Of a stretch of DNA of 64,000 bases, positions 15,700-29,545 are shown piece after piece. This stretch comes from Octopus vulgaris (Eukaryota), in the NCBI GenBank assembly GCA_951406725.2, contig OX597838.1, positions 18,414,001 to 18,478,000 of the forward strand, given 5' to 3'. The notes under the pieces are model-generated. The model saw nothing but the letters and a program-made list of their open reading frames with translations, did no database searches and was not told the DNA's origin. Every line of letters starts with the position of its first letter. Position 1 is the stretch's first letter. Both the position numbers and the translations under genes were made by a program.

Positions 15700-15915
15700 A
15701 ATGGTTTCAATCTTTCCACAAGGGCAGCTTTATTGGAGGAGGTGATGAGTCGATTACATCGAACCCCGAGTTTCACTGGCACTTAATTTATCGACCCCGA
15801 AAGGAATGAAAGGCCAAAAAGACCACGGCAGAATTTTAACTCAGAACGTAAAGACGAACGAAATGCCACTAAGCATTTCACCCAGCGTGCTAACGATTCT
15901 GCCAGCTCGCCATCT
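15700..15915 (-). mobile_element. SINE family A with alternative tail
   Basis: ggcgagctggcagaatcgttagcacgc head and cctttcggggtcgataaattaag core. Confidence 0.8.
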
Positions 15916-16077
15916 TAAATAACAATACGCGGAATGAGAACACAGATCAAGAGCAGCAACATAAGTAAAATGTTTGTGTGTGTGTGTGGGGGGGGTGTTT
16001 TACAAGATGTAAAAGGGAGAAATCAATAACACTTAAGATACATTAACAACATACAGCAATAGATAATAATAAAACTA

Positions 16078-16119
<42 letters not shown>

Positions 16120-16120
16120 G

Positions 16121-16167
<47 letters not shown>

Positions 16168-16175
16168 CATCATCA

Positions 16176-16287
<112 letters not shown>

Positions 16288-16289
16288 CA

Positions 16290-16622
16290 TCACGTGCTTT
16301 CACTGCACTATTGAGCACAGCTCTATGTGCCTTGGGTAGTGCCGTGGTGGTTTGCTGTCATGCTCTTGTTTTTACTGTATTGAAAGTGTTTTACTAAGAA
16401 TGTGTGCGGTACCTAGAAGTGCTATTTTCTTTATGTTATATATACTTGTTAGTCCTGGTGTTTTTATGTATTTGTCTGAATATTTTTTTTATCATGCCTA
16501 ATGCCCCAAATATAATGGGAATTCTTTCTGATTTTAGGCTCCACATTCGAGTTACTTCTATTTCCAGGTCTTTGTATTTTGAAAGTTTCTCCGTTTCTTT
16601 TAGAGAAACTTTGGTATCTACA
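16290..16622 (-). mobile_element. R4/Dong-clade LINE 3' fragment
   Basis: VSLKETEKLSKYKDLEIEVTRMW..IPIIFGALG and KIALLGTAHILSKTL*; followed by (TAA)n at 16121-16290. Confidence 0.85.
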
Positions 16623-16624
16623 TT

Positions 16625-17350
16625 AATTAGATTTTTAACATTTGACATTCGTAATTTTGTTCTGCAGTGTGAACTCTTGTGACTTGATTTTATTAATGGA
16701 CAGTCGTTTCTGAAATATATACCCCACACCCATAAAACAGATTAGGACGTGGTTGTACTTTTCCGTTCGGCATATCTGTATTTTTGAGGAATCCTTTTCT
16801 TGAATATTTTTCTACATCGCGTTTCAGGTTACCCATCTTTTGGCATTCTTCTGCCTCGGACTTTAAGGTTAGATCTTAGTTCGCTTGTTCCAATTTAGAA
16901 AGAAATCTTGCCCTAATTTCTGTATCTTCACTTACTGTAAGGACTCGTACGAAAATAAGACACTTGAATATCTCAGGTGTAAGTTCTTTATCCAAAGCTT
17001 TCATAAATCCGGTTGACTGTTCCTACGTATGTGATACAATCAGCATTCTCCTTTTTTACTTTATATTCCAACACTCCATTCGAGTGTTAAATAGAGAAGT
17101 TTTATCACTGAATATGTTAAACAAAAATTCTATAGTTTCTTTAAAACAAGTTTCATTGGGGTTTTGGGGAAATATGAAATTACAGTAATGTTCATGCTCC
17201 AACTGAACTAATTTTCGCTATATCAATCTCACTTTTTGTTTGTTCGACCAAGATTTACAATCTTGCTTAAAAACCTCCTCGTACATTTTGTAGTACGATG
17301 CAAAAGTTATACCCTCCTCTGGGTTATAGGTGAATTCATTAAACTCAGTA
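16625..17350 (-). mobile_element. Gypsy-type LTR retrotransposon gag relic
   Basis: FTYNPEEGITFASYY..YEEVFKQDCKSWSNKQKVRL, LTPEIFKCLIFV and a degenerate zinc knuckle ending RNDCP; several stops. Confidence 0.65.
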
Positions 17351-17504
17351 TTCATACGATGATCGGTGTTGGTTTGTTTACGTAACCTAGAGGTTCGCAA
17401 AAGGGACACATGTAAACATGTGCGCACACATACACACGCACACACAACACTCACTATCACACAGATATATCCACACACACATAACTACACATAGCCCCTA
17501 CACA

Positions 17505-18045
17505 CACACTTCATATGCTCACATCGTCCAACATTTATAGACCTCCATGCTCCCCAGACACAGCCCCCACCACCCACATAGACGTAGTTCATATGCACAC
17601 GTCCTCCAACATATATAGACCTCCATGCACCGCACACACAGCCCCCACCATACACATACACATAGTTCATATGCACACGTCCTCCAACATATATAGACCT
17701 CCATGCACCCCACACACAGCCCCCACCATACACATACACATAGTTAATATGCACACGTCCCCCAAACTATATAGACCTCTATGCACCCCACACAACCCCC
17801 ATCACATACATGCACATAGTTCATATGCACACGTCCTCCAACATATATAGACCTCCACGCACCCCCACACACAACCCCCACCACACACAAACACAAAGTT
17901 CATGTGCACACGTCCCCGAAACTTTATAGATCTCCATGCACCCCCACACACAGCCTCCACCACACACGTACACATAGTTCATATGCACACGACCCCCAAA
18001 CTATATAGACCTCCATGCACTCCACACCCGGCCCCACCACACACA
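17505..18045. repeat. Minisatellite, about 7 copies of a ~78 bp unit
   Basis: gttcatatgcacacgtcctccaacatatatagacctccatgcacc recurs at ~17510, 17587, 17665, 17743, 17819, 17898, 17976. Confidence 0.9.
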
Positions 18046-18864
18046 TACACACACAATCAGTTCTCACGCATATATCCGTTAGCATTTACAGCCGCCTACA
18101 CAAAACCAGACACATGCACACATGCAGAGTTCCACAAATCCCACAACAGCACAGAGAATCACGTTGAGAATCTTCAAATTTACAGCTTTCATTTATCACA
18201 AAGAAGCATCTCCAACCTTCAAACAAAAAAAATTCATATTTTTTAATGACATTCCTACATTTTTCTTCGCTTGGCCGCCATTTCCATATAATTGAATTAT
18301 GTGTTTTAAGTATTTTCTTCTTATTATTATTTTCTTTCAATTGAATATTATGCTTCTTGCCTCCTTGTGTTCTGTCTTTTGCTTTTACCATTGCAGAGGT
18401 CAGAAAAACTCTATGAAGTTCTTCAGTTAATTTCTCTGATTTTCTCCAAAGATCTATTGATCTTTCAACTGATTAACCTTATCTCTTAATTCCATCAGAT
18501 TCTACAAGAACGTAGAGTCGTTGCTTCGCTTTCTTTCAAAATAAAGAATTAATTAGAACGCTAAGTTCTATCAATTATTTTTCTCTCTTGCCATCATCTC
18601 AGTTTAGCATGCGCAACAATTTATCATTCTCTCTCTGTGTCTTTCTCTCTATCTCTCTCTCACTCAGTCAATCTGAACTCTCTCTCTCTCTATCTCTCAC
18701 TCTGTCGGTATATCCTTCTCTCTCTCTTTCTCCCTGTCTATTCCTCGCTTCCTCTCATTCTCTTTCACGATTTGCATTTCTTGTTTAGGTTCTCTATATT
18801 TTCTTTCCATACATGTATGTGTGGGGGTGTATATATATATACACACACATATGTATCCATATAT

Positions 18865-18920
<56 letters not shown>

Positions 18921-19135
18921 ACACACTCGCATATACCTATATATATGTGTGTGTGTGTATGTGTTTCTATATATACATACATATGTCTGTATACATCTCT
19001 CTCTTACTATGGCTTTCTCTATCTCTCAATCTAGCACGTTCTCTTTCTCACTCTGCATATACATACATTAATACATACATACATACTATATATATTCACA
19101 CATTTACTTATATACATAGTGATACATACATATAC

Positions 19136-19192
<57 letters not shown>

Positions 19193-19437
19193 CGTATCTA
19201 TATATGTATATATGTATGTATATATATATATATGTGTGTATGTGTGTGTGTGTGTGTATGTGTGCGTGCATATATATATACATATTTATCACGAAGTATG
19301 TCTTATCAAAAATATCTATTGATTATTACCCATCCCTAAACAACGCCCCTGGCTGTAGACTGATTGATTTAAATTTTCTCATTTTATCAGTAATGTCGAT
19401 AGCACGATAGTGTATAAAATGCACGCACATACACACC

Positions 19438-19490
<53 letters not shown>

Positions 19491-19552
19491 GAATGTATGT
19501 ATATATACGTAATTATATATATATATAGATATACATACACACACACACACAC

Positions 19553-19599
<47 letters not shown>

Positions 19600-20872
19600 G
19601 TATCTATGTCAGTATTATATTTGGGACGTATATATGAATGTGCGTGGTTATGTATGTGAAATATATTATTTATAAGTGTGTGTTTACGCGAGTGCACGTA
19701 TAAATGTGTAATGCATATATATATATATATTTATGTAGCTGTACTGAAGCTGTATCTATATGTGTGCAACCCTATATTTAAATACATTCCTCAGTAAAGA
19801 AATGCTTCAGGTTAAAGCAACGACGAAGCTATATGAGCTGTCACATTTGCACTCGAATCTGTGTGGAAATTTTCTTATGGCCTCAACAACTATAAGCTAC
19901 AGAAGATTATTACGTAACACCTGCTCTTTTGTCATTCATTTAGAAAAAAAAATGACAGACGCACATGTAGACACGCATGTGGACACACTTGCACCACACT
20001 CAAACACACACACGGTACACACGCACACATTTGCTTCATACGAACACACGTCAGATACCAGCATACATACATACATAAGAAATAAACATGGACACACACA
20101 TAGACACACGCAAAAATGCACAGAATATACATGCACACATTAGATTCATACACACACAACTGCTCACACACATATATATATATATATTCATACCATCTAC
20201 ACACACAGCTGCTCACAGACATATATGTTATTTCCACAGTTGACACCCTTGCGACCCACGCCTGAACTCACCCCACACAGTTGTCTCCTCGTTACTTGCC
20301 CTTTAGCAACCTCTTCTGCCTCCGGTCATTTGAGCATGCGATGACCGACTAACTGAGACACGTTTGCTCTTTTCTGTTTCAACATTTTTTCTCTCCTCCT
20401 TCAGTAGAAAAGCGTATGTTCGAAAGTCTTTTCCTCGTATTCCTTCTTAGCGTAACCCTAATACATTTTGTTTTTTTTTAACTCTTTTTCGTGTTATGTA
20501 TGTGTGTGTGCCTCTGTGTGTGTGTGCCTCTGTGTGTGTGTGCCTCTGTGTGTGTGTGCCTCTGTGTGTGTGTCGCTGTCTGTCTGTCTGCGTGTGTGAC
20601 TGTTTACCCTAGCACCAACCCAGGTATAGTATAGGAGATGCAGTAAGGAAGATCCCATTCCAAGATTACCCATGATGAGGCATTAAGTTCAAATCTCAAA
20701 AATAAAAGAAAAAACTGCACGAATACGCATTTTTTTTATGTTTGCAGTATTTTTCCTACTTATTACAAAAATTCCATTGTCTGTAGATACACTATTTCGT
20801 CCTTATTTCGCATAATCAGTATTTCATAGCTTAAAAACATAGATTAAACTAAATTAAGCATTTTACGAAGCA

Positions 20873-20918
<46 letters not shown>

Positions 20919-21035
20919 GTATATTTAAATATATACGCATGTATGTATAAATATATACATTTATATATATACACTTACATATATACATATATATACTTAT
21001 ATACATGTATGTAGGTATATGTATATGCATGTATG

Positions 21036-21066
<31 letters not shown>

Positions 21067-21350
21067 GTATGCATGTATGTATGCATGTATGTATGTATGT
21101 ATGTATGTATGTATGTATGTATGTATGTATACCGCAGCATGGCGCAACGTCTGGGCTGAAACGCATAGAATAATGAAAGAATATATAAACGGATTAGTAC
21201 CACTGGTGAAGAAATGAACATAAACGCCATCGGAACATTAAATCAATTCATATTAGCATATTTGTATCAGTTACAGAAGAAATTAAAATTATAAAGTATG
21301 TATGTACTTACATTCATACTGACAAATAGACGGATAGACAGACTTAGATA

Positions 21351-21825
21351 CATCTGTTATATAAAATCCGTTCTGTCTGTCTGTCTGTGTGTTTTCTAGG
21401 ATCTCGGGCATCCTCCATCCGATTGCGCTCAAATTTGATATGTAGAATGCCAGGTGAGAATGCCATCGATAAAGCCGTGGGAACGTGCATTTGTACGCGC
21501 AAGTGCATCAGCTTTTGCGATCAAAACTTCGCGTACGCGAGAAAAATGCACGTGTAGTTTGCACAAAAAAGGCTGCTGGCTTGAAATAATGCCACAAAAT
21601 GCAGTATATTTAAGAGACCAAAAAAGTAAGATGCAAAATAGATATTTTCTTCAAACTTGACATAAAGGAACGAAAAACTATTTGGTTTCTGAAGGTTTTA
21701 ACAAAACCAAAAATTTTATGGAAATAAAGGCATGCTTAATTATTTTTTAATGAAAAGAAAACACTGATTGCTTTTTATTCAGCAGATATAATTCAGCACC
21801 GTCCATTGGACGGGGTGGGGGTGCG
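21351..21825 (+). mobile_element. Non-autonomous Helitron-like element, degraded 3' end
   Basis: TC..TATATAAAA start, (tctg)n, ccgatt..aaattt motif, terminal hairpin ccgtccattggacgg. Confidence 0.5.
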
Positions 21826-21992
21826 TTTTGCTCGTGCATAAATATAGGTTGCGAGAACGCATATAGCTTGCGGGAACATAAACAAACAAACACCAGCTGT
21901 CAGGCATTTGGGTTACAAACAGCGACACAAAGATACACACACACGCACATACCTACCGATACACACATACACACACACACACACATATATAT

Positions 21993-22185
21993 AGGACCCC
22001 ATGATAGATCGTTAGCTACTACACGCACTTTTTTCTCTCCTTGTGTTTTTCTGTGTATCTTTCTGTCGAAGAGCGTAGGCTCGAAACGTAAAAGACTTTT
22101 TCTATTCCTGAGCGCTATACTAATACATTTGTTTGTTTGTACTCCACCTGCCTTCGTCTTTTGTTTATTTTCGTAAACTTTCCCT

Positions 22186-22187
<2 letters not shown>
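21993..22187 (+). mobile_element. Family H1 short element in (TA)n
   Basis: Homologues at 7809, 28097, 37500; hammerhead-like motif inside. Confidence 0.7.
22059..22094 (+). ncRNA. Minimal hammerhead-like motif with variant core (CUGUCGA)
   Basis: cttt CTGTCGAA gagc gtag gctc GAAAC GTA aaag: stems I and II pair, palindromic ACGT stem III. Confidence 0.6.
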
Positions 22188-22254
<67 letters not shown>

Positions 22255-23083
22255 TATATATATACATCCACACGTATGTATACATAAACATATATACCCA
22301 CATACATATATACAGTGAAGCAGATTCTGGTTCGCCGTGATTTTCTACTCATTGAGATTTGTGGCGAATATCTTCTCTACCTTTAAACACATAACCCTCA
22401 GCGTTTTTAAATATCAGGTTATTCTGAGAACACTCACTGAAATAACTTTTTATGCAAGATGGTAACGAAATTCGTCTCAAGCTTGAATTCCCGGCTTAAA
22501 ATCCCTAAAAATCAACAGAATTTCTTAAAGCTATCAACTCAATAATGACTTATATGATTGCCAAAAAATGGCAAAAGAAATTATCCCCATTGGCTCAATA
22601 AAGACTGGAATTATTCTGTGACGAATTTTCTCTGAATTAAATTATTTCACAAGAACAATTACGCCTCCGGCATCATTTGCTGAACACAAGAGTCGGGCTG
22701 TTCTTTGCGGTTTTATTCTCAAATCTGAAAACAGTGCATAAATAATAGTAAACGAACGCACTCCTCGAATTTATATATCTCTAGGAAGTATAATAGCATG
22801 TGCTAATATACGTGTGCTGAAATTCTCTTTCCACTACTGTTAAAGTTTCTTTGACATACGAAAGAAATAACTGGAGGAAAAATATAATAATGTTCCATCG
22901 TAGATTTGGATTTGAATTTGAATTTCGAAAACAGAAAAAAAGCCTCTGATCTACGGAAGACTATTTGCTACGTGGGGCATACGTAAAATACACATACATA
23001 ACTACATCTCTCACCTAAGAAATTGGGAAAACTAAAATAGTGAAAAGTGTGCGAAGGTAGCAAAAACAAATCACTTTAATATA

Positions 23084-23408
23084 ATCGTGAAGTATATCTG
23101 CCACTTAAATGTGGCTAACGCTTAAGGGTGGATGCTACTGTAGCTTGTAGCCCAAGGAGGACACCTCCTCCAGCTGGCTGTTGACACACTTTCTGTGCCC
23201 TATCAGTATTTGCAAAGGGAAGCCATCCTTCCTATATCTTCCTGATATTCTTGAAGAAGGGAAAGATGGCTTCCCTTTGCAAATACTGATAGGGCACAGA
23301 TAGTATGTCAATAGTCAGCTGGAGGAGGCGTTCTCCTGGGGCTACAAGCTACAGTAACATCCACCCTTAAGGGTTAGCCACATTTAAGTGGCAAATATAC
23401 TTCACGAT
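23084..23408. mobile_element. Foldback MITE (arms ~23084-23233 / ~23257-23408)
   Basis: atcgtgaagtatatctgccacttaaatgtggc ... gccacatttaagtggcaaatatacttcacgat; nearly the whole element is one inverted repeat. Confidence 0.85.
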
Positions 23409-23894
23409 GTCGTGCAGCTATTGTTTATACCTTGTTCAGAGATTTATTATTACTTGAATATAAATTAATCACATTCGAACAGAAGTTTGGAAATCCATTA
23501 TCAGAAGAGGGTGGCGAAAAGAAAAACAATAAGAAGAAATTCGCTCGAGATTAACCATCAGATTAAAGAGATATGAAGAGACACTCTATGAAAATTAAGG
23601 GGTCTCTTTTTCATGAGCATACAGATTTATGCTGAAGAAAATCCATGTACCGTGACAAAAAGGAGTTTAATATTGGTGGAAAAGCTAGAATAGATCTGAA
23701 AGGAATATTGTCCTTGCATTACAGCAAAACTATAGTTTACGAACGCTAATACCCTTGTGATTGCGATAGAAAAATCTCCGGTATACGAAAATACCAGGAA
23801 GGGATTTCATTAGTGCATACTGGCCGATGCAAAAAAACCAATCTTCTATCTCCAGGCATCTTATTGACTGTTGCCTGCAAAATTGTAGCACGTA

Positions 23895-24742
23895 CCGTAA
23901 ATCCCAGAGTATAGTCCACCCTTGAGTATAATACGCAGGGGATTTTTAGGGGGTTGTACCTCTGAAAAACCTAAACCTTAAGTATAATACGCACCCTTTC
24001 TCAAACTTGACTCGTGCATAATTAAGCCAGCAGCACCTAGTCGAACAAACACTTCCGCGCATGCGTAATACAATAATGGTGATGTTCTTAACTGTTATAT
24101 GGGAATGTAAATATGTTTGCAAATTGTTTTTGTTACATGTTATTCTGTGTTCTGAATACTTTTATTTTAATAAATGTTACTTACTGCAAGTTATGGATGA
24201 TTCCTTTATGACTTCATTGCTTTCAGGCTTAGCTTAAGGCAGATTCGTGCCAGACATCACAAAATGCGTCTGAATAAACATTGCCAGACAGCATATAGAG
24301 ACTCGGACATTGCTTATAAAATAATTTGCATTTTTAACCGCGTATATAGCACGCGTGGAGGCGCAATGGCTCAGTGGTTAGGGCAGCGGACTCGCGGTCG
24401 TAGGATCGCGGTTTCGATTCCCAGACCGGACGTTGTGAGTGTTTATTGAGCAAAAACACCTAAAGCTCCACGAGGCTCCGGCAGTGGGTGGGGTGGCGAT
24501 CTCTGCTGTACTCTTTCGCCACAACTTTCTCTAACTCTTTCTTCTGTCGGCCTGCTCGCTTAGCCAGCGGGGTGGCGTCATTTGAAGGCTAAAACAATGC
24601 AAAGCGCATTGTGACCAGCGATGTGTAGCAACATCTGATAGCCTGGTCGGTCACGGTGATCACGGTGATATAGTACGCACTAGGGATTTTGACCTTTAAA
24701 TTTTTTTGGGGAAAAATGCGGATTATACTCGAAGATTTATGG
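23895..24742. mobile_element. pogo/Tc2-like non-autonomous DNA transposon carrying a SINE insertion
   Basis: TA-ccgtaaatcccagagtata ... tatactcgaagatttatgg-TA termini. Confidence 0.7.
24355..24667 (+). mobile_element. tRNA-derived SINE family C
   Basis: A-box tggctcagtgg, B-box ggtttcgattcc; TSD atatagcacgc / atatagtacgc. Confidence 0.88.
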
Positions 24743-25221
24743 TAAATGATACCAAACGTATTGGCACCGACAGAAATAAAACGAATGCGCCAAAGCAAAT
24801 CCACTCACATAGTAAAGATTTACCAAGCAATAACATGCAAGAATTTAATTTATATATACTGTATATAACCTGTCTGAATCTATTCCTTCAGCTTCGCTGT
24901 GATAGTAACAATATCATCACAGCTGATCAAGCAGATTAAAAGAAAGGTCATTTAACGTCTCGAGCAGAGAACTTCGTTGGTCAGAGAGAGGGGGGAAAAT
25001 GTCAACTGCTGTTGAACGATTTGTACAGCAGAGAGGAGGAGGAGGGAAAAGAAGGGAAAGTTACCAACTGTTTGTTACTAGAATATAAATTATTTCTCTG
25101 TTCCATTCAATGTTTTACAAATCTGGCGTTGTTCTTTGTTTACTCCTGGCAACGAGCGTTTCACTAACACATGTTACCTCTACTATAACTCCTCTTTCTT
25201 CCCCATCATCTCTCTCTCTCT

Positions 25222-25263
<42 letters not shown>

Positions 25264-25497
25264 CATACTAACTTATCAACACCAGATGACATTTCTTTTT
25301 CTCTCTGATGAAGTTTTTCAGCAGAAAACATTAAACTTCTCGCCTTCCATTCCAGCTTCACACATATTTCACTGTCTGAATTATTTAGATGCAAACTATA
25401 TGGTTTCTGTTCTTTTTTGCTCGTCAGAAATACGTGTCAGATCAACGCTGTTCAATTTCAGACTACACTCTTCCTTGTTACTTACGTACTCAAACTA

Positions 25498-26059
25498 TTA
25501 GGTTGTCCGGAAAGTCCGTGCCGATTTATAGTAGCTTACTTTTCGATTTATTTTAGAACATGGTTGAGTCCATAAAATAGGATTTGACTACACCCTCCAT
25601 TTAGAGCACAGCTTAAGCTATCTTTTCGTGGAAGAAGATTTATGCTCCTATAACCTGTGTTTATTTTGTAACCCTTTAAAATGGAAGAAAGTTCATTTTC
25701 GGCACTTGATGCTTTGGGAACCAGACAAAAATTGCTGCAGCTTGGCTGGGATGTGTTACCCCGCCCTCCAATATTCACCAGATATTGCTCCTACAGATTT
25801 CCAGTTATACAGGTCTCTGCAGAATAGTCTTAATGGTAAAAATTTCAATTCCTTGGATGATGTAAAAAGATACCTTGATGAATTCTTTGCCATGAAACCA
25901 CCTCAATTCTGGAAGAGGGTATTTTCAAGTTAAAGGAAAGATGGAGACGCACTGTGCAACAAAATGGTTCATATTTGCTTGATTAAAAATGCAATGGCAA
26001 GTATTTATTGACCTTTTTCTTTCCTATAGAAATCGGCACGAACTTTCCGGACAACTCAG
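25498..26059 (+). mobile_element. mariner element, internally deleted, with transposase C-terminal remnant
   Basis: TIRs ggttgtccggaaagtccgtgccgattt / aaatcggcacgaactttccggacaac with TA flanks; YSPDIAPTDF..RSLQNSLNGKNF motif. Confidence 0.9.
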
Positions 26060-27039
26060 TATTATCTTCTTCAGTTTCAAGGTACCTGATCCATGTGGTT
26101 GAGCCTCAGACCACAGTTCATCCTGCTGTCCCGCCACTATTTCGTCTGATAATCTTATCTGGATTAAATTGTTATCTTGCTTTATTTCTTGCATCGTCAT
26201 GCAGGTTGTATGATCTGCTAGAAATAACAGCCAAATTTCCTTTAATTCTCATTCTACTGTCTCTGTGGGAACCGAAATGCGTTTTGTCAACATAGTTCTA
26301 AATATATCTGGAGCATATTGCTGGAACACATTTGAACATGGATTTGTCTCCTTAATTAGATCTGACGTGCAACAACAACAACAACAGCAGCAGCAACAAC
26401 AACTAGTGATAAACTCCACTCAGTCACAGAGGTTTGTTAAGCCCCTAACCGCAGCTGCTCTCTTTCGTAGAAAACCAGTGAAAAAGCACAAAGCAAAATC
26501 CATGAATTGTGAGAGAACTATTTTATTGTTTGGTAAGAAAAATACTCACTAATATAATTTCCTGTGAAACCAACGAAATTCACATCAATATTGCTGCTGT
26601 TGCCGCTGCTGACGCCGATGGCGATGTTAATGAAATAGTTTTAGCAATTAAATTTATATTTCAATAGATGAAAATTGTAATAACTGGGTGCAACTTGGCA
26701 AGCTTATATCTTGCTTTATCGACAGAATATTTTTTTATTCCAATATATTTTTTATCACAATATATTTTTTAAAGAGACATCAATGGTTATTTACTTAATG
26801 TAAATACATCGTTGAAAGGCAAGTTGCTAGTTGCTGCGATATTCGTTCAAAAGTAATGTCTCTTATGAACGCACTGTGTTTAAAAACCAAATATATATAA
26901 TACTAACTTTGAACCTGGGTCTCTAGTCTGAAGATAATGTCCTCCCTTCCTCACGCCAGTCTCGGACACTCCGTAAACGGTCACCTGTGATGATCTTCCA
27001 AACCAGACTGAGTTGTGTGAAATACAAAATTGCGTTATT

Positions 27040-27232
27040 TTTTATCTTTTACTTGTTTCAATCATTAGACTGCGGCCATGCTGGGGTACCGCCACGAAAT
27101 ACTTTTAGTCGAATGCATCGACTCCAGGACTATTTTTTTTTTGTTTTAGCTTGGTACTTATTCCATCGGTCTCCTTTTGCTGAAGCGCTAATTTACGGGG
27201 ACGTAACAAACCAACACCGTTTGTCAAGCAGT
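27040..27232 (-). mobile_element. SINE family B, 3' fragment
   Basis: gactgcggccatgctgggg tail module. Confidence 0.7.
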
Positions 27233-27235
27233 GGT

Positions 27236-27280
<45 letters not shown>

Positions 27281-27440
27281 ACACTCACACACACGCATGT
27301 ATATACATATATTATTTATTTGAAGGACACAATATAAGCCCTTTAAATAAATAATATTTACCTCTCACCAGAGGGAGTACTGTTTTTGTTGAATTTTCTA
27401 TCACGGAACAGTACATTATATATATATATATATATATATA

Positions 27441-27660
27441 CTCTTTTACTGGTTTCAGTCATTTGACTGCGGCCATGCTGGAGCACCACCTTTTAGTCGA
27501 GCAAATCGACCCCGAGACTTATTCTTTGTAAGCCCAGTACTTATTCTATCGGTCTCTTTAGCCGAACCGCTAAGTAACGAGGACGTAAACACACCAGCAT
27601 CGGTTGTCAAGCGATGTTGGGGGGACAAACACAAACACACAAGCATATACGCACACATTC

Positions 27661-27715
<55 letters not shown>

Positions 27716-27905
27716 TATAGAGATATATATATATATAGATATATACATATATACGACAGGATTCTTTCAGTTTCCATCTACGAAATCCACTCACAAGGCA
27801 TTGGTCGGCCCGGGGCTATAGTAGAAGACACTTGCCCAAGATGCCACGCAGTGGGACTGAACCCGGTACCATGTGGTTGGTAAGCAAGCTACTTACCACA
27901 CAGCG
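27441..27905 (-). mobile_element. SINE family B, near full length
   Basis: Colinear with 38828-39250, with expanded internal TA tract. Confidence 0.9.
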
Positions 27906-28096
27906 ACTGAAACTTTTTTCAGTAAAGAATTTCAACAAAAAGTAGCAGCATATTAAAATACCTTTAAAGGTTAAAATTATAAACAACTTATAAACAAGGG
28001 CAAAAGAAAAATTATTTAAAAGTCTGTTATCAGCATATTGGCATGGAAATCATTTTTCTTTTGCCTTTGTTTATAAGTTGTATATATATATATATA

Positions 28097-28283
28097 TGTT
28101 GGACCGATGAACTCTACACATTTTTTCATTCTCTCTTTGTTTATTTTCTATTATTCCTTTCTGCTGAAAGGCATAGGCTCGAAACGTAAAAGACTTTTCC
28201 ATTTTTCCCGAGCGTCAAACTAATACACTTACTTGTTGCTCATACACCTGTCTTCATCTTTTGTTTTTCTATAAATTTCAACT
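28097..28283 (+). mobile_element. Family H1 short element in (TA)n
   Basis: cttt ctgctgaa..taggctc GAAAC GTA aaag; homologous to 21993. Confidence 0.6.
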
Positions 28284-28304
28284 ATATATATGTATATATA
28301 TATA

Positions 28305-28467
28305 TACGACAGGCTTCTTTCAGTTTCTATCTACCAGATTCACTCGCAAGACTTTGGTTGGCCCGGGCTTATTGTAGAAGACACTTGCCCAAGGTGCAAT
28401 ACAGTGGGAGTCAACCCGGAACCACGTGGTTGGGAAACAAACTTCTTACCACACACCCACGCATGCG
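28305..28467 (-). mobile_element. SINE family B, 5' half
   Basis: gaagacacttgcccaagg..ccggaaccacgtggttgg. Confidence 0.75.
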
Positions 28468-29309
28468 CCAATTACTAAACATGTTTTTATTGTTTTAGTT
28501 GTTGTCGATTTTTTTTTTTTTGGTTTCTATTGTTGTTGTAGGAATAACGTGTAGGAGTTTGTGGGTGGGATGGTGATGTTAGCGCCACCAAATTAAAAGC
28601 AAAATTATTTCTGTGATAAAAATCGATCCCAATAAGAGAGAAAATAAAATTCTCTCTGGAGAGTGCATACATGTTGGGGAAGAGCCTGAATATGTGTGGC
28701 CACATGTGTGTGACTATATAACTGTGTGACTATGTAATTGCTTCTGCCGATGATGCTGCTGCTGCTTGCTGCTACTTCTGCTACTACTACTTCTGCTGCT
28801 GCTGGTAATGTTAACACTGTTATTGTTCGTGTACGACTGTGGTTGATATTTTGTTAAATATTGGATTTATTTCCGTGATTCCATGCATATATATGTGTAC
28901 ATGTGTGTATATGTGTGTACTGCTGTTGTTGCGGTTGAACTGTTGTTGTTGTTGTTGTTAAGCAACAAGACGGGTAAGGAGGATTAGGTGATGGTCTAGG
29001 GCTTAGGGGGCGGGAGACCCCAGACCTTGGGGAAAAAAAAAACTTTGGTCGTCTTGTTGTAGTCGAGAGCTCTTCGATGACGCCCGACACCACTTGGAGG
29101 TGGCTCTCGAAGTCGCTGGAAATGGAGATCTCCAGGTCCAAATTCTTGGACGGTTGCTACTGCTGCTGCTGTTGTTGCTGCTGTTGCTGCTGCTGCCGCT
29201 AGGTGTTGTTATTGTTGTATTTGCTGTTCGAATTTCGAAGAGGTTCTGGTGAGACATTCTGCTAGCATGTAAACGTCCTTTCTCATTACGTTTGCTTATG
29301 AGGTGATGG

Positions 29310-29345
<36 letters not shown>

Positions 29346-29545
29346 GTATGTGTGGGTATGTGCGTGCGTGCATGCGTGTATGTATATGTATAATGAACGG
29401 ATGTACTTGATGCTGTTGTTGTTGTTGCTGCTGCTACTGTTGTTGATTTTCGTGGTGGTAGTGTTGTTGTTGCTGTTGTTCTTATTGTTGTTGTTGTCGT
29501 CCTTGTTATTTTTGTTGTTGCTGTCCTTGTTGTTGTTGTGTGATA

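Noticed and set aside
17505-18045. Regularly spaced repeats resembling a CRISPR array
   Set aside because: The whole 78-bp unit repeats with no unique spacers; eukaryotic context and no cas genes
24357-24430. tRNA gene
   Set aside because: tRNA-like head of a multi-copy SINE with TSD; I could not fold a complete cloverleaf
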